Shown: positions 10,066 to 18,793 of the stretch, piece after piece
Layout of the letters: every line of letters begins with the position of its first letter
How positions within the stretch are numbered: the first letter of the stretch is position 1
Source: Vicingaceae bacterium
GTDB lineage: Bacteria; Bacteroidota; Bacteroidia; Flavobacteriales_E; Vicingaceae
Direction: 5' to 3'
Length of the DNA: 64,000 nt
Assembly (NCBI GenBank): GCA_018402765.1
Contig: JAGYIE010000005.1
Span: 17,082 to 81,081 of the forward strand
Made by a program: the position numbers and the translations under genes
Notes under the pieces: generated by a model
The model's database searches: none
Told to the model about the DNA's origin: nothing
What the model saw: the letters and a program-made list of their open reading frames with translations, nothing else

Positions 10066-11568
10066 TTATGATTTTTGTTGCTGTTGTTCAAACGTAATTA
10101 CGATGAATTCAGCAGGTCTTGTAATCGCTACTTTAACTGTCATTTTTAAAACGCCATCTAATATATCGTTTGCTGTCATAGTAGAACCAAGTCCAATTTG
10201 AATTTCATAAGCATCATCAGGAGAGTTTCCTGCTAATAAACCTGATTGCCATTGGTTACTTAAGAAATTAGCCACTGTAGCTCTTAGTGTGGACCAAGTA
10301 GTAGAGTTATTAGGAGCAAAAACAAATGCCTCTGCAGCAAATTTGATACTTTGCTCAAGGAATGTCATTGTTCTTCTTACGCTAATGTATCGATAATCTT
10401 GAGAATTTCCGTCTAGTGTTCTTGCACCCCATACCAAAACTCCTTTACCTGCGAAGCCTCTAATAGCATTAATTGCTTTACCATTTAATGGTAAGTTAAG
10501 TTCCTCTTGGTTGTCGTTATTGATATCTACTGAAGGCGATACAACTGCTCCTAAGCTGATGTTAGCCGGAGATTTCGCTACACTTACAGAGTTGTCGCAC
10601 ATGGTATAGGCACCTGCCAATGCAGCACTCGGAGGCATTAAATTAATCATGCTCCCCATATCCTCTATAATTGCATTTATCGCAGGGCTCACTACCTTAA
10701 GAGTAGATTGAAGAGATTTAATTGCATCTGCATCAGTTATGTCTGCTATCTTGGCAATTTCTTTTTTAATTCCTTCAGCTCTTGCTTCAGTAATTACACC
10801 ATTAGCCAGGTTCTTGTCTACTTCTGTATTTAAAACCTCAATCAATACCTCTTTATTATCGATTCGTGTAAAATCTAAATCAGCAGATTTTACAATGTTA
10901 GTCTGTATGTATGGGTAATAAGCAGCTCCCCACATTAGAAAGTTAGAACCTACGCCTTCTCTAAATTTATCAACGATATCATCTTCATCAAAGGTACGCT
11001 CTTTATCACCATCATAAACATCTAGTATAGCAAAACGATTCTTCATTTTATAACCACAATGACTTAACATTTGTGCCTGAACAGCGAAGCAATCGTCAGC
11101 TGAAAGTAAAACTGCATCAGGAACTACCAAAAGCGTAGGCTCTAGTGATTTCTCTAAGGCTGCTATACCACCATTGTTTTTACTGGTTAATTGATCCCCA
11201 TTAATTTCCTCTCCGTATAAGCCTACAGAAACGATATAGCAATCGGCTCCACCATTTGCGTAAAATAAACGAATCGAATTAAAGAGCATGTATCTGCTAG
11301 CATCCAAGAAACTCAGTTGAAATCCTTGAGCACTTGCTTCGTTTGCTTCGATAATAAATTTTGTATCCGGGGCACCACCGAATAATTCTACAAATTGACC
11401 AAAGGAAGTAACTTTTGTAGGTTTGTTGATTAATGATTTTGACCCTCTCGCAGCTTTGGCCGTATAACCTACAAATGCAGGCAAGGCTGTTTGCACGGGT
11501 ACCACTGTTGAACCGAAGGAACTTTTTTCTTCGATATACACACCGGGAGTCGCTAATGAAGTAGACAT
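10066..11568 (-). CDS. Contractile tail sheath protein (Afp2/3/4-like)
   Basis: TPGVYIEE...TALPAFVGYT; VWGARTLDGNSQDYRYISVRRT; RPAEFIVITF. Confidence 0.96.
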   Translation of the reverse strand: MSTSLATPGVYIEEKSSFGSTVVPVQTALPAFVGYTAKAARGSKSLINKPTKVTSFGQFVELFGGAPDTKFIIEANEASAQGFQLSFLDASRYMLFNSIRLFYANGGADCYIVSVGLYGEEINGDQLTSKNNGGIAALEKSLEPTLLVVPDAVLLSADDCFAVQAQMLSHCGYKMKNRFAILDVYDGDKERTFDEDDIVDKFREGVGSNFLMWGAAYYPYIQTNIVKSADLDFTRIDNKEVLIEVLNTEVDKNLANGVITEARAEGIKKEIAKIADITDADAIKSLQSTLKVVSPAINAIIEDMGSMINLMPPSAALAGAYTMCDNSVSVAKSPANISLGAVVSPSVDINNDNQEELNLPLNGKAINAIRGFAGKGVLVWGARTLDGNSQDYRYISVRRTMTFLEQSIKFAAEAFVFAPNNSTTWSTLRATVANFLSNQWQSGLLAGNSPDDAYEIQIGLGSTMTANDILDGVLKMTVKVAITRPAEFIVITFEQQQQKS

Positions 11569-11710
11569 ATGATTAAAATTAGTAATTTACTTAAAAAAGA
11601 TTGACTAAGCCAAATTAAGGAATAATGATCTTTATTACCTATTTTTTTTATTAACAACTGATTGATTAATTGTTAATTAAAAAGTTTATTTTGTATTTTG
11701 TACTTGATTT

Positions 11711-12544
11711 TTAAATATTTATATAAATATCCGTTATGAATGTATCGTGAATATTGCTGAAACTTAAATTATTAATTGATGGCTGAGGAATATATTTTTT
11801 ATAATTATGAAAGGTTTGATCTTTCTTTTTTAGGTAGTATTTGAAGTCTTGCTGTTCTTTTACCATTATTGTGTTGGGTGAAATAGCAGCATAGACGTTT
11901 TTACCATTTGACAATATCCTTTTTTGAAAAGAAACCTCTATCGCCTTTTTCCCTTCTTCTTCTATTACGTAATCAGCGATTTCTTTTTCGTCTTGAATAT
12001 TGGTAAGATTATAACGAACTATTGATTGCCTTGCTTTGAACCTAATGGAATAGTTTACGGATTCCTTGAGCCTTTTGTCAATTAACTCTCCAAAAAACTC
12101 GTTATTCTTGTTTAGGTTCAATGTTATCTTGCCTATTATACCTTTCCCAAAATACGCATCTGTTTCACAATCTTTATCGGTATAATCTTTAGAGTGAAGA
12201 TTGGTGTTTGAAAAATCGTTTGTAAATAACAATCTTTTATCTGTACTGTAAGTTATATCTGTGTAATTTAAGAAATAGATATCGTCTACAAATAGGTAGA
12301 AATCTAGCTGCACTTCATTGTTAAAGCTAGCACTATTACAGCGCTCTATATTGTCACCTAATAAAACAATACCTGCAGGAATAGCTTTAATTTTTAGTTG
12401 ATAATCTTTTAGTAGTTCCGCAGTTTCCATTGATGGTATTATTCGTATTTTTTCTATAATCCCACTTGTGAAGTAATTGTGATATACAGTAACGGATATT
12501 AACTGGCGGTGATTACTACTATATTTAAAACTATTTTGAAGCAT
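11711..12544 (-). CDS. Hypothetical eCIS-associated protein next to the cap gene (possible cap adaptor)
   Basis: 277 aa; LISVTVYHNYF start; between DUF4255 and sheath; function inferred from position only. Confidence 0.6.
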   Translation of the reverse strand: MLQNSFKYSSNHRQLISVTVYHNYFTSGIIEKIRIIPSMETAELLKDYQLKIKAIPAGIVLLGDNIERCNSASFNNEVQLDFYLFVDDIYFLNYTDITYSTDKRLLFTNDFSNTNLHSKDYTDKDCETDAYFGKGIIGKITLNLNKNNEFFGELIDKRLKESVNYSIRFKARQSIVRYNLTNIQDEKEIADYVIEEEGKKAIEVSFQKRILSNGKNVYAAISPNTIMVKEQQDFKYYLKKKDQTFHNYKKYIPQPSINNLSFSNIHDTFITDIYINI

Positions 12545-12555
12545 AATTTTATCTA

Positions 12556-13092
12556 TTAACCTATTACCAATGCTATATCTTCACTAAAGGTAGTCGAATT
12601 GAAATAAATTTGTTTGAATTTATAAGCTACTGAAGGTATATAGTTTGCTCCAATATTCCCCCATAGTTTACTAATTTCTTCAATAGAAATATTTAACATT
12701 TCTGCATTTATCTTATTCACTCCTGAAGGCATGCCTGGTGTATTTGAACTCGTAAATGTATTGTTCGCCTGAAAAAATTCGATTACAATAGAGATGTATT
12801 TCAATGCCTCTAAATAATTGAAGTTTGGGAAATGGGCGGAAAACATTAAGTGCAGGTTTACTTTAACTGTTGGGTTTAATCCTGCATTCGCATTAAAATT
12901 TGCATTCTTTGAAACCTTTTCTTCTTCAATGTTTAATAAGAATATTGTAATTTTGTTTTCAATTTCTTGATTTAAATTACCTTTTAAATCTACTAAGCTG
13001 CTAACAATTACTGCATCTTCATTTAGTGAAAGCTTGTTTTTTATGTGCTCGTTTAGTTTATTACCGATTGATGTAATTACGTTATGAATCAT
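12556..13092 (-). CDS. DUF4255 cap/tail-terminator protein (Afp16/Pvc16-like)
   Basis: VIVSSLVD...ITIFLLNIEEE...LHLMFSAHF...YLEALKYIS.VIEFFQ...ISKLWGNIGANYIPSVAYK. Confidence 0.88.
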   Translation of the reverse strand: MIHNVITSIGNKLNEHIKNKLSLNEDAVIVSSLVDLKGNLNQEIENKITIFLLNIEEEKVSKNANFNANAGLNPTVKVNLHLMFSAHFPNFNYLEALKYISIVIEFFQANNTFTSSNTPGMPSGVNKINAEMLNISIEEISKLWGNIGANYIPSVAYKFKQIYFNSTTFSEDIALVIG

Positions 13093-13103
13093 TGGTGATT
13101 ATT

Positions 13104-13337
13104 TTAATTCATTAATTTGAATATGCCTTTCACTATTATTCTTACTATGTAAATAGATATAAGTGAAATTAACCAACTTATAGTATAAAGTTGAATTGTT
13201 AATATTTTTTCTATTTCATTCGGCCGGTTAGTCGCAGATGTTAAGTTAATCATCCATAAAACCACGAATGCAATAACTAATGAAAGTAGAACACTAATTA
13301 CAAACCAAAAAAGCTCTCTGATAATTATCTTTTTCAT
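13104..13337 (-). CDS. Small two-TM membrane protein
   Basis: 77 aa with two hydrophobic stretches; 10-11 nt gaps to neighbours in the same operon. Confidence 0.7.
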   Translation of the reverse strand: MKKIIIRELFWFVISVLLSLVIAFVVLWMINLTSATNRPNEIEKILTIQLYTISWLISLISIYIVRIIVKGIFKLMN

Positions 13338-13347
13338 AAGTAGTTTT

Positions 13348-15120
13348 TCAAGGTCTATCGATTGATTTTAATTTTATTTTTTGGATCAAAAATAGAACGA
13401 GCATTCCAATTGTAAATGCGATATAAATTTGCCACTCTGGTTTTATAAATAGGTGTATATATGGCAATATATTATTAAGCCCAATATATGCAAATCCTGT
13501 TAGTGGTAGAATAAAAATAATAGATACTAATAAAAAGATCCATTGATAAAGTTGTTTTTTTAGTATTGAATCTCTAATTTTCCAGTCAGTTAGTAAGTAT
13601 GTAAATCCAATGACTACAGCAATTAAAAAACATACGGTAGCTGCCATAAATAGGTTTAAATATTTGAGTAAAAATTTGCTCCATTGTAAAGGATATCCTT
13701 CAGCTTCTGCAAGAGGGTTTTTATAGATTTTAATATTGGTGGAGAACTTATTTTCGATCACATCCCATAAGTCAGTAGAGCCATTATCATAACCCAAGGC
13801 CCATATTCCAATTCCTTTTAGCTTGTTACTTATAGCATAATCATACTTTTTGTCTAAAGTGTATGCATCGTCAAACCATATTTCTTTGGTAGAGTTATCG
13901 GTGTAGGTTAGGTTATAGTAGTTAGTCATGCTATATTCATCTAAAATCGGCACGGTATTATATTCTTTGTTATCAAGTAGTAATTTTTTTACTTCGCTGT
14001 AGGTAATTCTGCGTTCTAGCTTTGACGCATTGTAGGCAGACATTCCATCTTCAGTTAATTCTCCATCCCACATAGAGCCATAGTAGGGCAGAGCTAATAC
14101 TGTTTTGTCTAGATTAATTCCTCTATCTATATAAAAGTTTAGCGTGGTTGATAGGCTAATATCTGATTCTTTAGATCGTAATGGAGCTACAGGGCCCTGT
14201 ACTTGATTTCCAGTATTGTAATCGTATCCCATTATAACCAATAAGTCGGCAGATTTTTCAAGTTCATTGATGTCAAAAATATCTCTGCTATTTACAGCCG
14301 GTAGTGTAAGTGACAAAAAGAATGACTTACCTTCTTTTTCATAAACAGCGGACAGCTGTTGATTGATGAAAGCTACAAATTGATTAAACTTTTCTCTTTT
14401 AAAATAGGAGATTGATTCAAAGTTAAGATCTATACCGTTCGCCTCTCTATTGATCAATAACGGAGTAAGTATTTCTGCTAGGGTGCTCCATCTCTCTGGG
14501 TTATCTAAAAAAATAGAGGTATTTTCTGAACCATGACAAGCTACAGTTAGCAATACTTTAGTATTGTGTGCTTTAGCTGAGTCTATCATTTCAGTGGTCT
14601 TCCATTCTTCTATCTGTTTTGGGTTTGTAAATGAGCCAGTTTTTGGGTCTATTTTATAAGAAAAGTAGGCAACTGTTGTTAATAAATTAAAAGGATACTT
14701 CCTCCATGAATCGCCCATCCAATAGGGGTGCCATCCAAACACTTCGGTTCCTTTTTGTATTGCTTTATAGGTTTTATCCTGCACTCGGTAAGCTGATTCA
14801 CTAGAGTCAAAGCTGAAATTTGTGCTTGAAATTGGTGCATCTCCTGTATTTAATGCATCATAAATATATCCGTATTTGTTTAACATACTTTTTTGAGATC
14901 TTGGAGCATATATAGAGGAGTCTACATTTGCTGTATCTTTAAGTGTGTTAAGTTTATCCAACCCAAATCCTTTCTCAATTTTACTTATAGTACTTTTAAA
15001 TAGTCTGGTTTCCGTCTCTGTTTTTCTGATACTACTTTTAAGTTTTACTGCCTCCCTGCACGATATAAGCAGCAATACAATAGATAGCATGAAAATTAGA
15101 AAGTGAACTTTTTTACTCAT
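13348..15120 (-). CDS. GH18 family glycoside hydrolase with lipoprotein-like N-terminus and C-terminal TM helices
   Basis: VFGWHPYW; ANGIDLNFE; VIMGYDY; VLALPYYG; KYDYA.SNKLKGIGIWALGYD; lipobox LLISC; about three hydrophobic helices at the C-terminus. Confidence 0.88.
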   Translation of the reverse strand: MSKKVHFLIFMLSIVLLLISCREAVKLKSSIRKTETETRLFKSTISKIEKGFGLDKLNTLKDTANVDSSIYAPRSQKSMLNKYGYIYDALNTGDAPISSTNFSFDSSESAYRVQDKTYKAIQKGTEVFGWHPYWMGDSWRKYPFNLLTTVAYFSYKIDPKTGSFTNPKQIEEWKTTEMIDSAKAHNTKVLLTVACHGSENTSIFLDNPERWSTLAEILTPLLINREANGIDLNFESISYFKREKFNQFVAFINQQLSAVYEKEGKSFFLSLTLPAVNSRDIFDINELEKSADLLVIMGYDYNTGNQVQGPVAPLRSKESDISLSTTLNFYIDRGINLDKTVLALPYYGSMWDGELTEDGMSAYNASKLERRITYSEVKKLLLDNKEYNTVPILDEYSMTNYYNLTYTDNSTKEIWFDDAYTLDKKYDYAISNKLKGIGIWALGYDNGSTDLWDVIENKFSTNIKIYKNPLAEAEGYPLQWSKFLLKYLNLFMAATVCFLIAVVIGFTYLLTDWKIRDSILKKQLYQWIFLLVSIIFILPLTGFAYIGLNNILPYIHLFIKPEWQIYIAFTIGMLVLFLIQKIKLKSIDRP

Positions 15121-16402
15121 TTTTTTTTAATTGAATTTTTATCGACTTATTGATAATTGGCACTAATTTTTCCACCATTTTATTTGTTTCAACAGTGCTA
15201 ACTGTTACTAGTCTATAGTGAATGGGAAAATCATAAATGGTCGATTTATTTATCAGCCTTACTTCCGCTTTTTTACTCGGTCTTGCTATTAATTCGTCCG
15301 ATTTGTAAAAAGCAAAGTTTCTATTGAAATGCGCCGTTCTAGCATCTAAACTTTGGTTAAGAATGGAAATGGATAAATCATTACCAATATAGGTTGGCAG
15401 AGTGAAGCTTGGTTTAGTTTCAAAGAGCTCTTCTTTGGCATACGTAATTAACGCTTCTCCATCATCATTTGCATAGCTATCATACATTTCTTTTTCGGTA
15501 CTAGAAGTTCCAAACCAGTATCCCCAACCTAATAAACGATCTGTAGATGAGATAACTATTGGAAAAGTGAACGAACTATTTTGTGTAATATTTAGAATAG
15601 GTTCTAGTCTAAAAGCTTTAGTGTCTTCTATTTTGTAAATGGTATCCGTTATTACTTCATTCACCATTTTTTTTACAAAAGTGGTGTCATTTATAAATTC
15701 AGTAGATGTTCCTTTATGGGTTATAGGTTTTTTAATAATTAGTGTAAAATTAGAAGCAAAAACACCTTTGTTTCTTAACAATCCTGAATTAGAAATATTC
15801 AAGATTAGCTTATTGTCAGTCATTACCCTAAAAGCGCCATCTACTTTCTTCTTGCGTTTAATCTTCATTAGGCGTATTCTTACGGTTTCTCCCTCAATAA
15901 ATTCAATTGTTTTGATCTTATGCTTACCATTTTGCATATTAAAAATAATTTCATCACCTGCTATTACGTCATATGTAAAAGTGGTAACACTGCCATCAGT
16001 TGGTGTCTTTATATTTAAGTAAGAAATGACTACCGTATCAATTGTTTTATTTTGCACTAAATAATCAAGTAGAAAAGTTTCGGATTCATCTATTTTAACT
16101 TCTTTTTCTGTTTTTAAAATATTCCTGAGGCTATCTATGTAAGTTACCGAGTAAAGAGTCTCAATACTTGATTCATTATTAAGGGATTTCTTTTTTACTA
16201 AAAGTTGTTTAGTCTCTTTGTTTAGGTTATTTATGGAGTTTGATACATCTTTTGCGACCAGTTCTTTGTTTAGATTATTAATAGTTGTTTTATTAGAATT
16301 TACCAGCTTTGTAAGATCTGTTACTACTTTAGATGATTTACAACCAAATAGAAATATCAAAAGGAACAAAAATACAGTACTATTTACTTTTTTGGTTATC
16401 AT
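15113..16402 (-). CDS. Hypothetical lipoprotein
   Basis: 429 aa; lipobox FIFLFGC; N-terminal coiled-coil-like stretch; no family recognised. Confidence 0.7.
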   Translation of the reverse strand: MITKKVNSTVFLFLLIFLFGCKSSKVVTDLTKLVNSNKTTINNLNKELVAKDVSNSINNLNKETKQLLVKKKSLNNESSIETLYSVTYIDSLRNILKTEKEVKIDESETFLLDYLVQNKTIDTVVISYLNIKTPTDGSVTTFTYDVIAGDEIIFNMQNGKHKIKTIEFIEGETVRIRLMKIKRKKKVDGAFRVMTDNKLILNISNSGLLRNKGVFASNFTLIIKKPITHKGTSTEFINDTTFVKKMVNEVITDTIYKIEDTKAFRLEPILNITQNSSFTFPIVISSTDRLLGWGYWFGTSSTEKEMYDSYANDDGEALITYAKEELFETKPSFTLPTYIGNDLSISILNQSLDARTAHFNRNFAFYKSDELIARPSKKAEVRLINKSTIYDFPIHYRLVTVSTVETNKMVEKLVPIINKSIKIQLKKNE

Positions 16403-17512
16403 TTAATGTGTTGATTTAGCGTTTACTTCCTTTTGCATTCTTTCATATCTGGCATAAGCTTCTTTTTTAAGTGTCTGTTTGATTTCTGAAGTTTTACTTT
16501 CTAGTTCCATTTCCAAAGAAGCTTCTTTTAGCTTACTATTTTTGATTCGTTCATAATCGAAGTTATCTTTTGCTTTTTGCAAATTCATTTCATAAATTAA
16601 TTCGCTTTCTTCCAGTAGGCTTTCATAGGGACCTTTTGAAGAAAGTAATTTGGTAAGAATAGGAGCTATTTCAATCATTATAAAAATAGAAAGAATAAGT
16701 AAAGAGGCTAGTTTATCAATTTGATTAAGTGCTTTAATTCGATCAAAAAAACCTGACTTAAATTCTTGTGACATCGTTAGTAATTCGGCGTTCATAAGCG
16801 CCTCAGTATTAATTTGCTCATTGCTTAGTGCGTTAAGTAAGGAGTCTGTTTGCACTTTTTGTGTTTGAACCTCTGCTGCATACGTCTCGTATTTCTCTTG
16901 CCTGCTCTCACATTCCGACCCTCTGCCTTTCCTTCCTGTTCCGCAAGTTCCATCACATTCACACTTGAAGTCACTGTAATACGCATCTCGAATAACTATT
17001 TTATCTTCTAACTTTTTTATTAATAAATCTTTACGATTTGTTAGGTCATCAATTTTATAGGAGTATTTTATTTTTACATCGTCTACTAATGTTATTCGTT
17101 CCTTTTCTAAGTATGTATTAATTTCATTTTTGAATAGTTTTATTTCTATTGGTTTAGAAATTACTAATGCAATTAATACTGCAATTATCAATCGAGGAAT
17201 CGCCTTTAAAAATTCTCCCTTTTTACTATTGACTGACCGCAGAGTAGAAACAATATAACGATCTAAGTTAAAAATCATACCGGCCCAAATTAATGATGCT
17301 CCTATTACGATAATTAATGAATCAAATATTAGTGAAAAGGCGAAAAATGCTGATAGAGAGGATAATAGTGTAGTGAAAACGATGGTAAGACCGATACTAC
17401 TATATTTATTAAGCTCGTATTGCGGACATTTAAGAATCATTTTGACACTTACGCCCGAGCAGAATAATAAAAATCGAGTAATTTTAGATAAATTATTTAC
17501 TTCTTCAATCAT
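16403..17512 (-). CDS. DUF4407 family membrane protein
   Basis: FLLFCSG...KCPQYELNKYSSIG.TIVFT; LDRYIVS; PRLIIAVLIALVISKPIEIKLF; Cys cluster CECDGTCGTGRKG.GSEC. Confidence 0.8.
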   Translation of the reverse strand: MIEEVNNLSKITRFLLFCSGVSVKMILKCPQYELNKYSSIGLTIVFTTLLSSLSAFFAFSLIFDSLIIVIGASLIWAGMIFNLDRYIVSTLRSVNSKKGEFLKAIPRLIIAVLIALVISKPIEIKLFKNEINTYLEKERITLVDDVKIKYSYKIDDLTNRKDLLIKKLEDKIVIRDAYYSDFKCECDGTCGTGRKGRGSECESRQEKYETYAAEVQTQKVQTDSLLNALSNEQINTEALMNAELLTMSQEFKSGFFDRIKALNQIDKLASLLILSIFIMIEIAPILTKLLSSKGPYESLLEESELIYEMNLQKAKDNFDYERIKNSKLKEASLEMELESKTSEIKQTLKKEAYARYERMQKEVNAKSTH

Positions 17513-18569
17513 TCTTATAAATTGTATTGGTTACACTTCTATAAAAATTTTTAAAAAGAGTACGCACATTGTTAGCCCTTTCTGAAGCAGATTTTAGTTC
17601 TTCTTTTTTTCTAATTTCCGCTATGTTTTCGAAAGTGAAAAGAGTTATTGCATGAGCAGTTTTTGCAACTAGTGTAGTAAATTCAAAGGAAAATTCAGTG
17701 TCTTCGGTAGCTATAAAATCGTGCTTACCCCTCGATGGGAGTGTGCCTAATGTCTGTTCGACTAACTTTCCTGCAGATTCAGACTCCCATTTGATACGCA
17801 CTTGTTGGTTTAAGTAAACTCCAAATTTCAGGTTTTGCTCATTTACAGACGATAGCTCAATATAATCTTCTAAAATTGGATCATAAACTTCTACTAAAAA
17901 GAGAATGGTGTTTTCAGAAAATACTTTTATAAATAATGAGCGTCTGACCTCTGCGTTGCTGTTTTTAGCTATTATTAGATAATGCTGGCTTTTGTTAAGC
18001 GCAACAATTTTGCTGCCTGAAATATCCACTTCGCCTAACTCAGGAGAAATACTCACTGAATGGGCATTGGCAGCTTTCCAATTAATTTTCACTTTTTCGC
18101 CTCTGTTTATAAATGGTTTATCAACAGTGAAATCAAGATTTATTTCGCCTGAGAAGAGACTTATCTTTTCAGATTTCTTTAAAAGTCGATTAAACAAATC
18201 AACTTTAGAGCGTATTCGTGTCTCTTTTGATTCCGCCTTATTTTCTGTTTCAGCGCTAATTAAATATCCATTGTCTAGTACACAAAATGATTGCTCGACT
18301 TCATTATTGTTAGACTGATTGAGCCAATAAATAACCACACCACTATCAATTAATCGTTTGATAAGATTTGCTATTTTTATTGATTTTTTATCTGAATTTG
18401 AGCATATTATAATTTCTATTTGACAGTCTTTATTGGCTAGAGCTAACAATTTTGTCGCCAAAAAAAGCAAGTCGGTTTCTTCTGTACAAAGCTTTAAGGA
18501 ATATGCTACACGTCCTATTTCTTTCTCTATTTCGGTTGCTATATGTTGTGTATAATAGGTTCTTAACAT
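17505..18569 (-). CDS. Degenerate PLD-like domain plus two Ig-like repeats
   Basis: N-terminus resembles PLDc_2 with VEQSFCVLD where MHNKFCVID is expected; repeats GEKVKINWKAANAHSVSISPELGEVDISGS and NQQVRIKWESESAGKLVEQTLGTLPSRGK. Confidence 0.55.
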   Translation of the reverse strand: MLRTYYTQHIATEIEKEIGRVAYSLKLCTEETDLLFLATKLLALANKDCQIEIIICSNSDKKSIKIANLIKRLIDSGVVIYWLNQSNNNEVEQSFCVLDNGYLISAETENKAESKETRIRSKVDLFNRLLKKSEKISLFSGEINLDFTVDKPFINRGEKVKINWKAANAHSVSISPELGEVDISGSKIVALNKSQHYLIIAKNSNAEVRRSLFIKVFSENTILFLVEVYDPILEDYIELSSVNEQNLKFGVYLNQQVRIKWESESAGKLVEQTLGTLPSRGKHDFIATEDTEFSFEFTTLVAKTAHAITLFTFENIAEIRKKEELKSASERANNVRTLFKNFYRSVTNTIYKND

Positions 18570-18593
18570 AAAGGTTTTGAATAGTAGTTGTTT

Positions 18594-18749
18594 ATGTTAC
18601 TAAAATAGTATGAATTCAGCCTCAAGCCTACAGGACTTTCAAAATGTTATAAACATCAATTGTTTATAAAGCTGTTTCGCTTTATTTACAAAATAGTTCA
18701 ATTTTAGTTATTCCATTTTAAATACGCCTCTAGTAATGTTGAAAACATC
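18594..18749. promoter_or_regulatory. Three copies of a palindromic ATGTT-N3-AACAT motif in the divergent intergenic region
   Basis: 18594 ATGTTactAAAAT, 18644 ATGTTataAACAT, 18736 ATGTTgaaAACAT. Confidence 0.45.
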
Positions 18750-18785
18750 TTGTAACCACATATAAAATTGCACACTATAATTTTA

Positions 18786-18793
18786 TAAATTTG
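18786..18793 (+). promoter_or_regulatory. Bacteroidota -7 promoter element for the nSTAND-PAAR unit
   Basis: TAAATTTG matches TAnnTTTG, 37 nt before the TTG start; no clear -33. Confidence 0.5.

Noticed and set aside
2058-13092. Prophage, R-type tailocin or T6SS interpretation of the tail genes
   Set aside because: No capsid, portal, terminase, integrase, TssK/L/M, ClpV or split TssB/C sheath genes; DUF4255, DUF5908, two gp19 tubes and the LysM hub are the eCIS signature
1568-18318. Plus-strand track ORFs opposite the CIS genes (1568, 2866, 5756, 6195, 6981, 7638, 9974, 15639, 16218, 17373, 17992)
   Set aside because: Antisense shadows of well-supported genes with no recognisable motifs
17505-18569. 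Active phospholipase D or nuclease toxin as CIS cargo
   Set aside because: His and Lys of the HKD motif are absent
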